Source of the DNA: Acidimicrobiales bacterium
GTDB lineage: Bacteria; Actinomycetota; Acidimicrobiia; Acidimicrobiales; Acidimicrobilacustridaceae
Length of the DNA: 64,000 bases
NCBI GenBank assembly: GCA_036823295.1
Contig: DAISGD010000005.1
Span: 15,260-79,259 of the forward strand
Reading direction: 5' to 3'
Every line of letters begins with the position of its first letter. The stretch's first letter is position 1. Below the pieces are notes generated by a model. It ran no database searches and was not told the DNA's origin. It saw nothing but the letters and a program-made list of their open reading frames with translations. This document shows, piece by piece, positions 1-8,528 of the stretch. The translations under genes and the position numbers were made by a program.

Positions 1-352
1 GGACGGCCACGTCCTTGTTGCCGATGCCCTTGTCGATGCCGATCTGGGTCAGCAGCGGACCGGCCTGTTGGGCCAGGGTCTCGATCACGACCAACCCGAA
101 CGCGAGCACCATGGCCTTGCGGTGCTCGCCGATGAACGAGCGCAGGGTGAAGGACTCGCGCTCGTGGGCCGTCGGGACCTGGTGGAACTCGACATCGTCG
201 TCGGGATGATCGGGTTCGGTGGCGAGGAGGGCCTCGACCTTCTTGGCCAACTCCTCCGGGATGCCGGCAAAGGGCAGCCCCGCGGCCGCACTCGACGCGC
301 CGGCGCCCGGGCCGGCGAAGGGTGACCCCGCGGGTGCTCCTCCCCAACCCAT
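1..352 (-). CDS. ABC exporter ATP-binding/permease subunit, N-terminal fragment (continues past the left edge)
   Basis: Absent from the ORF track because it runs off the window. Manual minus-strand translation from the ATG at 352-350 gives MGWGGAPAGSPFAG...FTLRSFIGEHRKAMVLAFGLVVIETLAQQAGPLLTQIGIDKGIGNKDVAV. That is a hydrophobic TM1 followed by the PLL-x-IDxGI start typical of type-I exporter membrane domains. It lies directly downstream of the complete exporter half, as in a heterodimer. Confidence 0.6.
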   Translation of the reverse strand, partial: MGWGGAPAGSPFAGPGAGASSAAAGLPFAGIPEELAKKVEALLATEPDHPDDDVEFHQVPTAHERESFTLRSFIGEHRKAMVLAFGLVVIETLAQQAGPLLTQIGIDKGIGNKDVAV

Positions 353-420
353 CAGCTGCGTCCCCCGGCCATCAGCTGCGTCCCCCGGCCATCAGTCCGT
401 CCCCGGACATCAGTCCGTCG
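350..420 (-). repeat. Tandem duplication of the stop/start junction between the two ABC exporter genes
   Basis: The 20-nt unit atcagctgcgtcccccggcc occurs at 351-370 and 371-390. The 18-nt unit atcagtccgtccccggac occurs at 391-408 and restarts at 409. CATCAG (minus strand CTGATG, an overlapping TGA/ATG) occurs four times, at 350, 370, 390 and 408. Confidence 0.9.
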
Positions 421-2428
421 CTCCGGGGGTGAACGCCTGGCGGGCGGCCTCGGCGGCGACGGCCGACTCGGCGACTTCGGCTTCGGCGCGCAGTTCAGCC
501 TCCTCGGCTCGCCGTTCGTCGGCGGCCCCGTCATCGGGGTCGGTACGGGCCAGCACCTCGGCGTAACGGGGATCCGTGGCCATCAGCTCGGCGTGGGTCC
601 CGGACGCCACGATGCGGCCCGCTTCGAGCAGGACCACCCGGTCGGCCAGGCTGATGGTTGACAGGCGATGGGCGATCACGATGGTCGAGCGCCCCTCGAG
701 CAGGGTGGCCAGCGCGTGGTGGATCTTCGACTCGACCTGCACGTCGATGGCGCTGGTGGCATCGTCGAGCACGAGCAACCGGGGGTTGACGAGCAGGGTG
801 CGGGCGATGGCGATGCGCTGACGCTGCCCTCCCGACAGGGTGTAGCCCCGCTCGCCGATCACGCTGTCGTAGCCGTCGGGCAATCCCATGATGAAGTCGT
901 GGGCCTGGGCGGCACGGGCGGCTTCGATGATCTCGTCGAGGGGCGCATCGGGCCGGCCGTAGGCGATGTTGTCCCGCACCGACACGGAGAACAGGAATGG
1001 CTCGTCCAGCACCAGGCCGACGTGGGAGCGCAGGCTGGTGAGGGTGAGATCCCGCACGTCGGTGCCATCGATGAGCACCTCGCCGCCCCGTACGTCGTAG
1101 AAGCGGGGGAGTAGGCGGGCCACGGTGGACTTGCCGGAGCCGGTCCGACCCACCAGCGCCACGGTCTCGCCCGGCTCGACGCTCAGGGAGAAGCCATCGA
1201 GGACGTCGGGATGCTCGCCGTCGGTGGGCCCGTAGCCGAAGCGCACGTTGCGGTACTCGATGCGCCCCGCCGGCTCGATGAGATCGGTGGCACCGGGCCG
1301 GTCCTCGACGTCGGCCTGCTCGTCGAGGATCTCGAATATCCGCTCCGCCGATGCTGCGGCCCGCTGTTGCAACATGAGGAAGAACCCCAGCAGCCGGAAC
1401 GGGGTCTGCATCATGAGGATGTAGGCGTTGAAGGCCACCAGCACGCCGAGCTGGAGCTGGCCGTCGATGACCAGCCAGCCGCCGTACAGGAGCACCACCA
1501 CCAGCCCGACGCGGGGCAGGTTCTCCATCACCGGCGAGTAGCGGGCCCGGGCATCGACGGTGGCCACGTTGGCCCACTGCAGGCGGCGGGCGGTGCGGGC
1601 CAGTTGGCGCAGCTCGCGTTGCTCGGCGGCGAAGCTGCGCACCACCCGCACGCCGTTCACGTTCTCGTCCACCAGGGTGGCGACATCGGCGGTGCGTGAT
1701 TGCACCACCCAGGACAACGGGAAGATCCGGTTGCGCAGCATCACGCCGAGCACGTACACGCCCGGCAGGCACACGATCGAGACCAGCGTGAGGGGCACGC
1801 TGATGGTCAACATGACGGCCAGGGCGAAGAAGAACATGAGGATGGAGAGTGAGATCAGGGGGGCGAACGCCAGGAACATCTGTAGCGAGCGGATGTCGGA
1901 GTTGGCCCGCGAGATCAGCTGACCCGACTGCACCCGGTCGTAGAAGGAGAACGACAGCGAACTCAGGTGGCGGTAGATGATCGAGCGCAGATCGGTCTCG
2001 ATCCGGAACGCCATCTTGTAGAGCCCGTAGCGGTAGGCGTACGACAACACGCCCCGGATGAGGCCGAGCGCGACCAACGCGACGATGAACGGGCCCAGTG
2101 GCTTGGATTTGTCGACCAGAGCCATATCGATGGTGCGGGCCGTCACGGCGGGGACGGCGACGCTGGCCAACAGCGAGACCGCTGCCGCCACCAATGAGCC
2201 GATGAGCAGGCCCCTGTGGGCCATGACCAGGGGCCACACCCGACGGATCCACCCTTTGGAGGGATCGGGATCGATGGTGGCCCGTGGGGCCGGGTAGCGG
2301 GCCTCCTCGGCGACCGGCTCGAAGGCCGTCGGGGCAAGATCGAGCGGTCCAGCCGGGGCCACCGCGACGGTGCTGGTGTCGCCGGCGATGGGGTCCGGCC
2401 CGGCGGGGGCCAGGTCAGTGGCGCTCAT
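410..2428 (-). CDS. ABC exporter, fused permease/ATP-binding subunit (multidrug/lipid exporter type)
   Basis: ORF 410-2488 trimmed to the internal ATG at 2428 (MSATDLAP...), which overlaps the MarR stop as ATGA. Motifs present: six-TM N-terminal half, Walker A GRTGSGKST, signature LSGGQRQR, Walker B LLVLDDATSA, H-loop IAHRLST. Confidence 0.9.
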   Translation of the reverse strand: MSATDLAPAGPDPIAGDTSTVAVAPAGPLDLAPTAFEPVAEEARYPAPRATIDPDPSKGWIRRVWPLVMAHRGLLIGSLVAAAVSLLASVAVPAVTARTIDMALVDKSKPLGPFIVALVALGLIRGVLSYAYRYGLYKMAFRIETDLRSIIYRHLSSLSFSFYDRVQSGQLISRANSDIRSLQMFLAFAPLISLSILMFFFALAVMLTISVPLTLVSIVCLPGVYVLGVMLRNRIFPLSWVVQSRTADVATLVDENVNGVRVVRSFAAEQRELRQLARTARRLQWANVATVDARARYSPVMENLPRVGLVVVLLYGGWLVIDGQLQLGVLVAFNAYILMMQTPFRLLGFFLMLQQRAAASAERIFEILDEQADVEDRPGATDLIEPAGRIEYRNVRFGYGPTDGEHPDVLDGFSLSVEPGETVALVGRTGSGKSTVARLLPRFYDVRGGEVLIDGTDVRDLTLTSLRSHVGLVLDEPFLFSVSVRDNIAYGRPDAPLDEIIEAARAAQAHDFIMGLPDGYDSVIGERGYTLSGGQRQRIAIARTLLVNPRLLVLDDATSAIDVQVESKIHHALATLLEGRSTIVIAHRLSTISLADRVVLLEAGRIVASGTHAELMATDPRYAEVLARTDPDDGAADERRAEEAELRAEAEVAESAVAAEAARQAFTPGATD

Positions 2429-2952
2429 CGCCCGTCCGCCGATTGGCCCAGCGCGGCGTGGCGGGCACGGGTCAGGGCGGTGGCCCAACGCTGCAAGCCC
2501 TGACCGGCCTCGCGGCGATCGGTCTCGTCCAGGTGAGCAGCCACCTCGGCCAGGCGGGCGTTGACCACCCGGTCGGCCTGGAGCAGGACGCGACGACCCT
2601 CGGGGGTCAGCAGGTGTTCCACCCGACGGCGATCGGCATCGCTGGTGTGACGCTCAACCAGGCCCCGCTGGACGAGCCCGTCGACCAGCGCGGTGATGGT
2701 GGGCTTGGACACCGACATCCGCCCGGCCAGCGCCGAGGCCGCCGCCGACGCTCCGTCCTCGCTCAGGAAGGCAAGGGCACGGTATTGCGAGGGAGAGAGT
2801 TCGAGCGTGGCCAGGGCCGTCTCCACCTGGCGGGCCAGCCGGGCCACGATCCGCCCGGTATCGGTCGGCACCGCACCCGCGCCGGCCGCCGGCGGGTCAG
2901 CACTGGTGGGCCGTGGGGCGGGCCGGTCCCTGGGCGGGGTTGAGGACGACAC
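2425..2952 (-). CDS. MarR-family transcriptional regulator
   Basis: 175 aa. Winged-helix segment LSPSQYRALAFL...MSVSKPTITALVDGLVQRGLVERHTSDADRRRVEHLLTPEGR is typical of MarR. Its stop overlaps the exporter start (ATGA at 2425-2428). Confidence 0.85.
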   Translation of the reverse strand: MSSSTPPRDRPAPRPTSADPPAAGAGAVPTDTGRIVARLARQVETALATLELSPSQYRALAFLSEDGASAAASALAGRMSVSKPTITALVDGLVQRGLVERHTSDADRRRVEHLLTPEGRRVLLQADRVVNARLAEVAAHLDETDRREAGQGLQRWATALTRARHAALGQSADGR

Positions 2953-3022
2953 AATCGTTAGTCTGTCGAACTTTCCCGCGATTCACACCATCCCGGGCTC
3001 ACCTGATGCGCCCCGGCGCCCG

Positions 3023-3067
3023 AATCTGGAGCGTTCTGCACCCATGAGCTGCATTCGGCTCCAGATT
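3023..3067. promoter_or_regulatory. Perfect 10-bp inverted repeat in the marR / amidohydrolase divergent intergenic region (candidate MarR operator or leader hairpin)
   Basis: AATCTGGAGC at 3023-3032 and GCTCCAGATT at 3058-3067, with inner TGCA...TGCA extending the symmetry. It sits in the 150-bp region between the divergent starts at 2952 and 3103. Confidence 0.4.
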
Positions 3068-3102
3068 TCCTGTGCTCCCGTTCTGTTGACGACAGGCGGT
3101 AG

Positions 3103-4494
3103 GTGAGGGAGCGTCTGGGCGTGTCAGACGCCACCGGCAGCGTGCCGCCGACCCCCACGCTCATCCGCAACGGGATCGTGCTGCCCCTCGAGGGCCGCCG
3201 GGTCGGATTCGACCCCGGGTCGGTGCTGATCGAGGGCACCACGATCGTGGCAGTGGGTGAGGTCGACGAGATCGACGCCCACGCCCTGGCGGTGGGGGCC
3301 GAGGTGGTGGACGCCACCGATCACGCAGTGATCCCGGGCCTCCACAACGCCCACCTGCACTCTGGCCTCCTGCGGGGCACGGCCGAGTCGATGTCGCTGT
3401 GGGAATGGCTCGAGGCCTATGTCGACCCGGCCCACAAGGCGCTGACCCCGGAGATCGCCGAGGCGGCCAGTTGGCTGGCCTACACCGAGGGGCTGCGGGC
3501 GGGCACGGTGTCGGTGGTGGACATGTGGCGCTTCATGGAGGGCTCGGCCCGCGCTGCCGAGGCCATCGGCATTCGGGCCACGCTCGTGCCCTACGTGGCC
3601 GATCTGCCGGGCTACGACTACTTCGAGAGCCTCGAGTCCAACCTGGCCCTGCTGCAGTCGCATCGGGAGGCGGCCGACGGTCGGGTGCGGACGTGGCTCG
3701 GGCTCGAGCACCTCTTCTACTGCTCGCCCGAGGCCTTCCGCCGCGCCGCCGAGCTCGCCCAGGAATACGACACCGGGATCCACACCCACTCGAGCGAGAC
3801 CACCTGGGAGGTGGAGGAGTCGTTACGTCGCTTCGGGCGCCGTCCCATCGAGGAGTTCGCCCACCGGGGCATCCTGGGCGAACACACCCTCGTCGCCCAC
3901 TGCGTCTGGCTCGATGATCACGAGATCGAGCTGCTGGCCGAGTCGGGCACCTCGGTGGCCCACTGCCCGTGCTCCAACATGAAGCTGGCCTCGGGCCCGG
4001 CGCGGGTGGGGGACTTCCGGGCGGCTGGCATCCACGTCGGTCTCGGCTCGGACGGCGAGAAGGAGAACAACAACCTCGACCTGATCGAGGAGATGAAGTT
4101 CGCCTCGCTGCTGGCCAAGGTGAGCCGGCTCGACCCCACCGTGGGCGACCCTTGGGACATCCTCGACATGGCCACGCTTTCTGGGGCCCGGGCCATAGGG
4201 CTGGCCGACCTGACCGGCTCGCTCGAGGTCGGCAAGCGAGCGGACGTCGTCACCGTGGACCTGCGGCGCCTGCACCTCACCCCCGTCCTGCACGGCCGGG
4301 ATTTCAACGTTGCCGCCCACCTCGTGTTCTCGGCCAGCGGTGCCGACGTCGATGCGGTGTGGGTCGACGGCCGGCAACTGGTGGCCGGGGGCGAGGTGCG
4401 CTCGGTGGATGCCGAGGCGGTGCGCACGCGGGCCCAGGCTGCCGCTGAGGAACTCTTCGATCGCCGTCGGGCCCTGGCCGGCTCGGACAATTAG
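3103..4494 (+). CDS. Amidohydrolase-superfamily deaminase/chlorohydrolase (MtaD / TRZ-ATZ family)
   Basis: 463 aa. HxH metal motif GLHNAHLHSG, later HTHSSET, AHCVWL and GLGSDG motifs, and C-terminal GSLEVGKRADVV. A GTG at 3121 behind GGGAG is an alternative start. Confidence 0.8.
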   Translation: MRERLGVSDATGSVPPTPTLIRNGIVLPLEGRRVGFDPGSVLIEGTTIVAVGEVDEIDAHALAVGAEVVDATDHAVIPGLHNAHLHSGLLRGTAESMSLWEWLEAYVDPAHKALTPEIAEAASWLAYTEGLRAGTVSVVDMWRFMEGSARAAEAIGIRATLVPYVADLPGYDYFESLESNLALLQSHREAADGRVRTWLGLEHLFYCSPEAFRRAAELAQEYDTGIHTHSSETTWEVEESLRRFGRRPIEEFAHRGILGEHTLVAHCVWLDDHEIELLAESGTSVAHCPCSNMKLASGPARVGDFRAAGIHVGLGSDGEKENNNLDLIEEMKFASLLAKVSRLDPTVGDPWDILDMATLSGARAIGLADLTGSLEVGKRADVVTVDLRRLHLTPVLHGRDFNVAAHLVFSASGADVDAVWVDGRQLVAGGEVRSVDAEAVRTRAQAAAEELFDRRRALAGSDN

Positions 4495-4573
4495 GAGGAA
4501 ACCATCCAGAACCTCGTCCCCGTCATCGACATCTCCGGCTGGATCGCAGGCACGCCGGCGCAGCGGGCGGACC

Positions 4574-5815
4574 TCAGCCGGTGAAGCCTGGTGTTGCCGC
4601 CGCCGGGGTGGCGGCGACCGACACCGCCAGAACGTTGACCGAGCCCTTCATCCCGTTGGAATGGATGTGGCAGAAGTAGGGGAACGATCCGGCGGTGGGG
4701 AAGTTGAAGGTGTAGTCGTGGGGTAACGGTGGCCCCGGTGGGAACAGGATCCCCGACGAGGCCGAGGTGGACGTACTGGTGATGGTGGTGCCCCCACCAG
4801 GCGCCGGGTTGAAATGCACTTCGAACTTGGTCGGATCGCCGCATGGCGGTCCGGCTTGGGTCGGGTCGAACGCGGTGTCAGTGGGATTGGCCTCACAGAA
4901 TTGGGGCAGTGGCTCGTATTTCGGGTCGTCGATGAACGTCACCGTGTGGATCTCGGCCATGGCGTTGGTCATGTGCCAGTCGATCTTGTCGCCGGCGGAG
5001 ACGGGCAGGGGGCTGGGCAGCATCTCCAGCACCGCGGCGTGGGCCGTCTCGGTGCCGGCCGAGGCGCTGAAGGTGTGGGTCCCGTCCGCGTTGGTGGTCG
5101 ACTGCACGACGCTGGCCGCGGTTTCGGCCGCGGCGGCTTCGGCGGTGTCGGCCGTGACTTGGGCCGCCGATTCGGTGTCAGCCTGCGGTTGGGTGGTGAC
5201 GGAGGGATCCGTCGGGTCGACCACGGTCAGCGAGGCCGCCATCCCGGGATGGATCAGGCAGGCGTAGTGCACGACCGTGCCCGGGGTGATGTTGCGGCCG
5301 AACTGGACGACGAAGCTGTTGGTCCCGTTGCTGACGTTGGCGCCGGAGTTCAGGTCGGCCGTCCCGTCGAAGGGGCAGGGCGTGGCCACATCGCCGCAGG
5401 CATTGGGGGCTCCGCTTCCCGGCGGGGGAAGGGTCGGGGCGCCGATGGCCGGATTGAACTGCAACTGGCCGCCCGCGTCATCGGGGTCCGCCACCGATAC
5501 CGGGGTGTTGGTCCAGATGGTGGCGGGATCCGTGGTCGCACCCAGGAGCGTGGCGGTGTGGAAGCCGTCGGTGGTCTGCGGCCAGTTGAACTGGACCACA
5601 CTGCCCTGGCCGACATGCACCGGTGACGCGGTATCCCCTCGAGGGAAGAAGTCCTTGTACTCGTAGTTGTGGCCGCTCGGGCCGGGGTGGTCGACGCCGA
5701 TCTGCAGTGGCGTGACCACCGCCGAGGCCGTCCCGCTGGCCACGACCGCGCCGGTGGATGCGGCCATCAGGGCCAGCACTGCCAGGACCCTGATCGACCG
5801 ACATGATCTCGCCAT
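4574..5815 (-). CDS. Secreted protein with two cupredoxin (type-1 blue copper) domains
   Basis: ORF 4574-5878 trimmed to the ATG at 5815 (MARSCRSIRVLAVLALMAASTGAVVASGTASA signal peptide), preceded by GGGAGGAAAG. There are two Cys-x2-His-x(2-3)-Met copper-ligand motifs, YACLIHPGMAASL and YFCHIHSNGMKGSV. Each has an upstream His (FHTATLL, EIHTVTF). Confidence 0.75.
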   Translation of the reverse strand: MARSCRSIRVLAVLALMAASTGAVVASGTASAVVTPLQIGVDHPGPSGHNYEYKDFFPRGDTASPVHVGQGSVVQFNWPQTTDGFHTATLLGATTDPATIWTNTPVSVADPDDAGGQLQFNPAIGAPTLPPPGSGAPNACGDVATPCPFDGTADLNSGANVSNGTNSFVVQFGRNITPGTVVHYACLIHPGMAASLTVVDPTDPSVTTQPQADTESAAQVTADTAEAAAAETAASVVQSTTNADGTHTFSASAGTETAHAAVLEMLPSPLPVSAGDKIDWHMTNAMAEIHTVTFIDDPKYEPLPQFCEANPTDTAFDPTQAGPPCGDPTKFEVHFNPAPGGGTTITSTSTSASSGILFPPGPPLPHDYTFNFPTAGSFPYFCHIHSNGMKGSVNVLAVSVAATPAAATPGFTG

Positions 5816-5926
5816 GGGCTTTCCTCCCTCGTCGGGTGGGTCGGTAGCCAAACACCATGGCCCACACGCTGGCGCCACCTTACGCCTGCGTGTCCCTCTT
5901 GACCAGGGTCCCCATAGGTGTCGACT

Positions 5927-7333
5927 TCAGCCCTCGAGGCTTTGCAGCCGGGCGGCGGCGGAGCGGTGACGGGCCAGTCGGTTGTCCACCTCGGGGCTGA
6001 CCAGCTGGCCGTCCTCCACCACGAAACGACCGGCCACCACCGTGTGGCGGGGAGAGGTGGGCCCGCAACGCAGCCACGCCTCGATGGGATCAGACAGCGC
6101 GCCGGCGAAGCGCACCCCGTCCAGCCCCCAGACAGCCACGTCACCCACAGCGCCGACCGAGAGCTGACCGATCTCACCGTCGCGCCCCAGGCAGCGGGCC
6201 CCGCCTCGGGTGGCCATGTCCAGAGCGTCGCGCGCCTGCATGGCCTCCGGCCCACCTCGTAGCCGGCCCAGCAGCAGGGCGTTGCGGCTCTCCATCCACA
6301 GTGACGCCGAATCGGTCGATGACGACCCGTCGCATCCGATGCCCACCGGCACGCCCGCCGCCCGGAACTCGGCCACCGGGGCCAGCCCGGCTCCGATCAT
6401 CTGATTGGAGCTGGGGCAATGGGCCACCCCGGTTCCCCACGCGGCCAGCCGGGCGATCTCCTCCGCGTTGGGATAGACGCAGTGCGCCACCCACGAGCGG
6501 TCCGAGCCCCAGCCGACGTTCTCGAAGTACTCAACTGGTCGACAACCGTAGACCTCGAGGCAGTAGGTGTCCTCGTCGACGTCTTCGGCCAGGTGGGTGT
6601 GGAGGCGCACATCCAGTCGCTCGGCCAGCGCCGCGGTCGCCGTCATCAACTCGGGCGTGACCGAGAACGGCGAACACGGAGCCAAGGCGACCTGCACCAT
6701 GGCATCGGACCCCCGCTCGTGATGCAGTCCGACCAGGCGCTCGGACTCGGCCAAGATGGTGTCGTCGTCCTGCACCACCGAGTCCGGGGGCAGACCACCG
6801 TCCTTCACCGATCGGCTCATCGAGCCCCGGGTGGCGTGGAAGCGCACGCCCAGCTCCCGAGCGGCGGCGATCTCGGCACTGATGAGGTCGCCGCCGCCCG
6901 CGGGGTGGACGTAGAGGTGATCCATCGACGTGGTACAGCCCCCGAGGGCCAGCTCGGCCAGGCCGATCCATGCCGACAGGTAGGCCGACTCCTCGTCGAG
7001 GCCGGCCCAGATGGGGTAGAGGGTGGTGAGCCAGCCGAACAGGTTGGAGGCCGTCGCGGGACGGTAGGCCCGCGTCAGGTTCTGGTAGATGTGGTGATGG
7101 GTGTTGACCAGGCCGGGGGTGACCAGGCATCCGTCGGCCCGCACGGTGTGCCGCGCCTTCGCTTCGGAGCCGGCCTCGCCCACTCCGCTCACCCGTCCCT
7201 CGGTGATGGCGACCCAGCCGCCGGGTAGCTCCCGGCGGTCGTCGTCGCAAGTGGCCACGAGGGCGGCACCGGCGATCAGGAGGTCGGCGAGAGGGGGCGC
7301 GGTGGCGTTGGCAGGAGGCTCGGGACTTGACAT
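5927..7333 (-). CDS. Amidohydrolase, 8-oxoguanine deaminase / guanine-deaminase-like
   Basis: 468 aa. The motif LVNTHHHIYQNLTRA matches what I recall for 8-oxoguanine/isoxanthopterin deaminases. Also HTHLAED, AHCVY, CPSSN and GCDGSSS. Confidence 0.7.
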   Translation of the reverse strand: MSSPEPPANATAPPLADLLIAGAALVATCDDDRRELPGGWVAITEGRVSGVGEAGSEAKARHTVRADGCLVTPGLVNTHHHIYQNLTRAYRPATASNLFGWLTTLYPIWAGLDEESAYLSAWIGLAELALGGCTTSMDHLYVHPAGGGDLISAEIAAARELGVRFHATRGSMSRSVKDGGLPPDSVVQDDDTILAESERLVGLHHERGSDAMVQVALAPCSPFSVTPELMTATAALAERLDVRLHTHLAEDVDEDTYCLEVYGCRPVEYFENVGWGSDRSWVAHCVYPNAEEIARLAAWGTGVAHCPSSNQMIGAGLAPVAEFRAAGVPVGIGCDGSSSTDSASLWMESRNALLLGRLRGGPEAMQARDALDMATRGGARCLGRDGEIGQLSVGAVGDVAVWGLDGVRFAGALSDPIEAWLRCGPTSPRHTVVAGRFVVEDGQLVSPEVDNRLARHRSAAARLQSLEG

Positions 7334-7437
7334 CGGGCCAGCCTTCCGCCCGACTCCGGCGCCGTCAACGACCCAAGCTGTCAGTTCAACTCCAGGTCAC
7401 AAGCGGCTCAGGTCATCGGGATTCGGTCCGGTGCTCC

Positions 7438-8214
7438 TCACGCTGACTCGCCGTGGCGGCCAACGCCGTGGGCGAAGCGGGCCGCACCATCGCGTGTTTC
7501 CCCCGAGGCGATGGTGGCCAGGCCCAATTCGGTCTCGTGGGAAAGGGCGTCCGGGAGCTCGAGCGCCCATTGGTCATAGGCCGAGCGCCGGTCATTGCGC
7601 AGGCAGACCTGAGGCAGGGCGGCGATGGTCGACGCCAGTTCGACGGCGTGGTCCAGGGCCTCGCCGGGGGACACCGAGCGGTTGACCAGGCCCATGCCCA
7701 GCGCCTCCTCCCCGAAAACGCCTCGGCCCGTCAAGATGAGGTCCAGGGCGTGGCTGTGGCCGATGAGGCGGGGGAGGCGGATGGTGCCGCCGTCGACCAG
7801 GGGGACGCCCCACCGCCGGCAGTACACCCCGAACACCGCATCACGGGCGGCCACCCGCAAGTCGCACCACAGGGCCAGCTCGAGTCCGCCCGCCACCGCG
7901 AACCCTTCGACGGCGGCGATCACCGGCTTCGACAGGTCCATGCGGGTGGGGCCCATAGGGCCGTCGAGGTGGACGTCGGCCTCCACCCGGTTGCCCCGAT
8001 CGGTGGCCACCGCTTTGAGATCGGCCCCCGAGCAGAACGTGCCACCGGCCCCGGTGAGGACCGCAACCGATGCGGCGTCGTCGGTCTCGAAGGCCCGGAA
8101 GGTGTCGGCCAGGAGGGCCGCGGTGGTGCCGTCGACCGCGTTGCGGGCCTCGGGCCGGTTGATGGTGATGATGCGGACCGCGCCGCGCGTCTCGATCAGG
8201 ACCTGTTCGCTCAC
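7438..8214 (-). CDS. Enoyl-CoA hydratase/isomerase (crotonase) family protein
   Basis: ORF 7438-8403 trimmed to the GTG at 8214 (VSEQVLIETRGAVRIITINRPEARNAVD), because the upstream 60 residues are Arg-rich junk. Crotonase motifs LTGAGGTFCSGADLK and KPVIAAVEGFAVAGGLELALWCD. 258 aa is a typical size. Confidence 0.85.
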   Translation of the reverse strand: MSEQVLIETRGAVRIITINRPEARNAVDGTTAALLADTFRAFETDDAASVAVLTGAGGTFCSGADLKAVATDRGNRVEADVHLDGPMGPTRMDLSKPVIAAVEGFAVAGGLELALWCDLRVAARDAVFGVYCRRWGVPLVDGGTIRLPRLIGHSHALDLILTGRGVFGEEALGMGLVNRSVSPGEALDHAVELASTIAALPQVCLRNDRRSAYDQWALELPDALSHETELGLATIASGETRDGAARFAHGVGRHGESA

Positions 8215-8528
8215 CCGGGGTCTCCCATCCGTCCGTCCATCCATCCAAGGCACAGCAGGCCGGCGCCCGTTCGGTTGTTCAGTCGACCGATCCGGCGGGT
8301 ACGACCCATTCGCACCGCTGGCCCCTGCCTCGCTCGGCCGACGTGGTCTGCGGTCGTCTCGATCAGAGCGAAGACATCGAGAGCGCCGGCGAGGCCGTCC
8401 CACTCACGACCGCTGCGGGCCGAGGAGCCGACTTCGAGGTCTGAGGTGCCGGTCCTGGCGACCCGGCCCGCCTCGGTTCGTGGCTCGACCACGGCGCGCA
8501 CGGCCGGGACCGACGGTCGTTTCAGCAC
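8211..8528 (-). CDS. Hypothetical 105-aa ORF filling the gap between adenosine deaminase and the crotonase (uncertain)
   Basis: The GTG at 8528 overlaps the ADA stop (GTGCTGA). Its TGA overlaps the crotonase GTG (GTGA at 8211-8214). Third-position GC is about 80% by eye. I recognise no family, and the composition is Arg/Gly-rich. Confidence 0.25.
   Translation of the reverse strand: MLKRPSVPAVRAVVEPRTEAGRVARTGTSDLEVGSSARSGREWDGLAGALDVFALIETTADHVGRARQGPAVRMGRTRRIGRLNNRTGAGLLCLGWMDGRMGDPG

Noticed and set aside
531-2252. 573-aa alternative-frame ORF inside the ABC exporter gene. The same applies to similar long ORFs at 22405-23523, 23709-25340, 50663-52117, 50930-51724, 53061-54530 and 62188-63294.
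   Set aside because: These are off-frame or antisense read-throughs with extreme Arg/Pro/Gly composition. In each case the overlapping frame has clear conserved motifs (Walker boxes, M20, Moco, Wzy/PD40, LLM).
3044-3106. 20-codon upstream ORF (MSCIRLQISCAPVLLTTGGR) as a real leader peptide gene
   Set aside because: Its third-position GC is only about 58% and I found no convincing Shine-Dalgarno sequence. I kept it only as part of the regulatory-region finding, not as a CDS.
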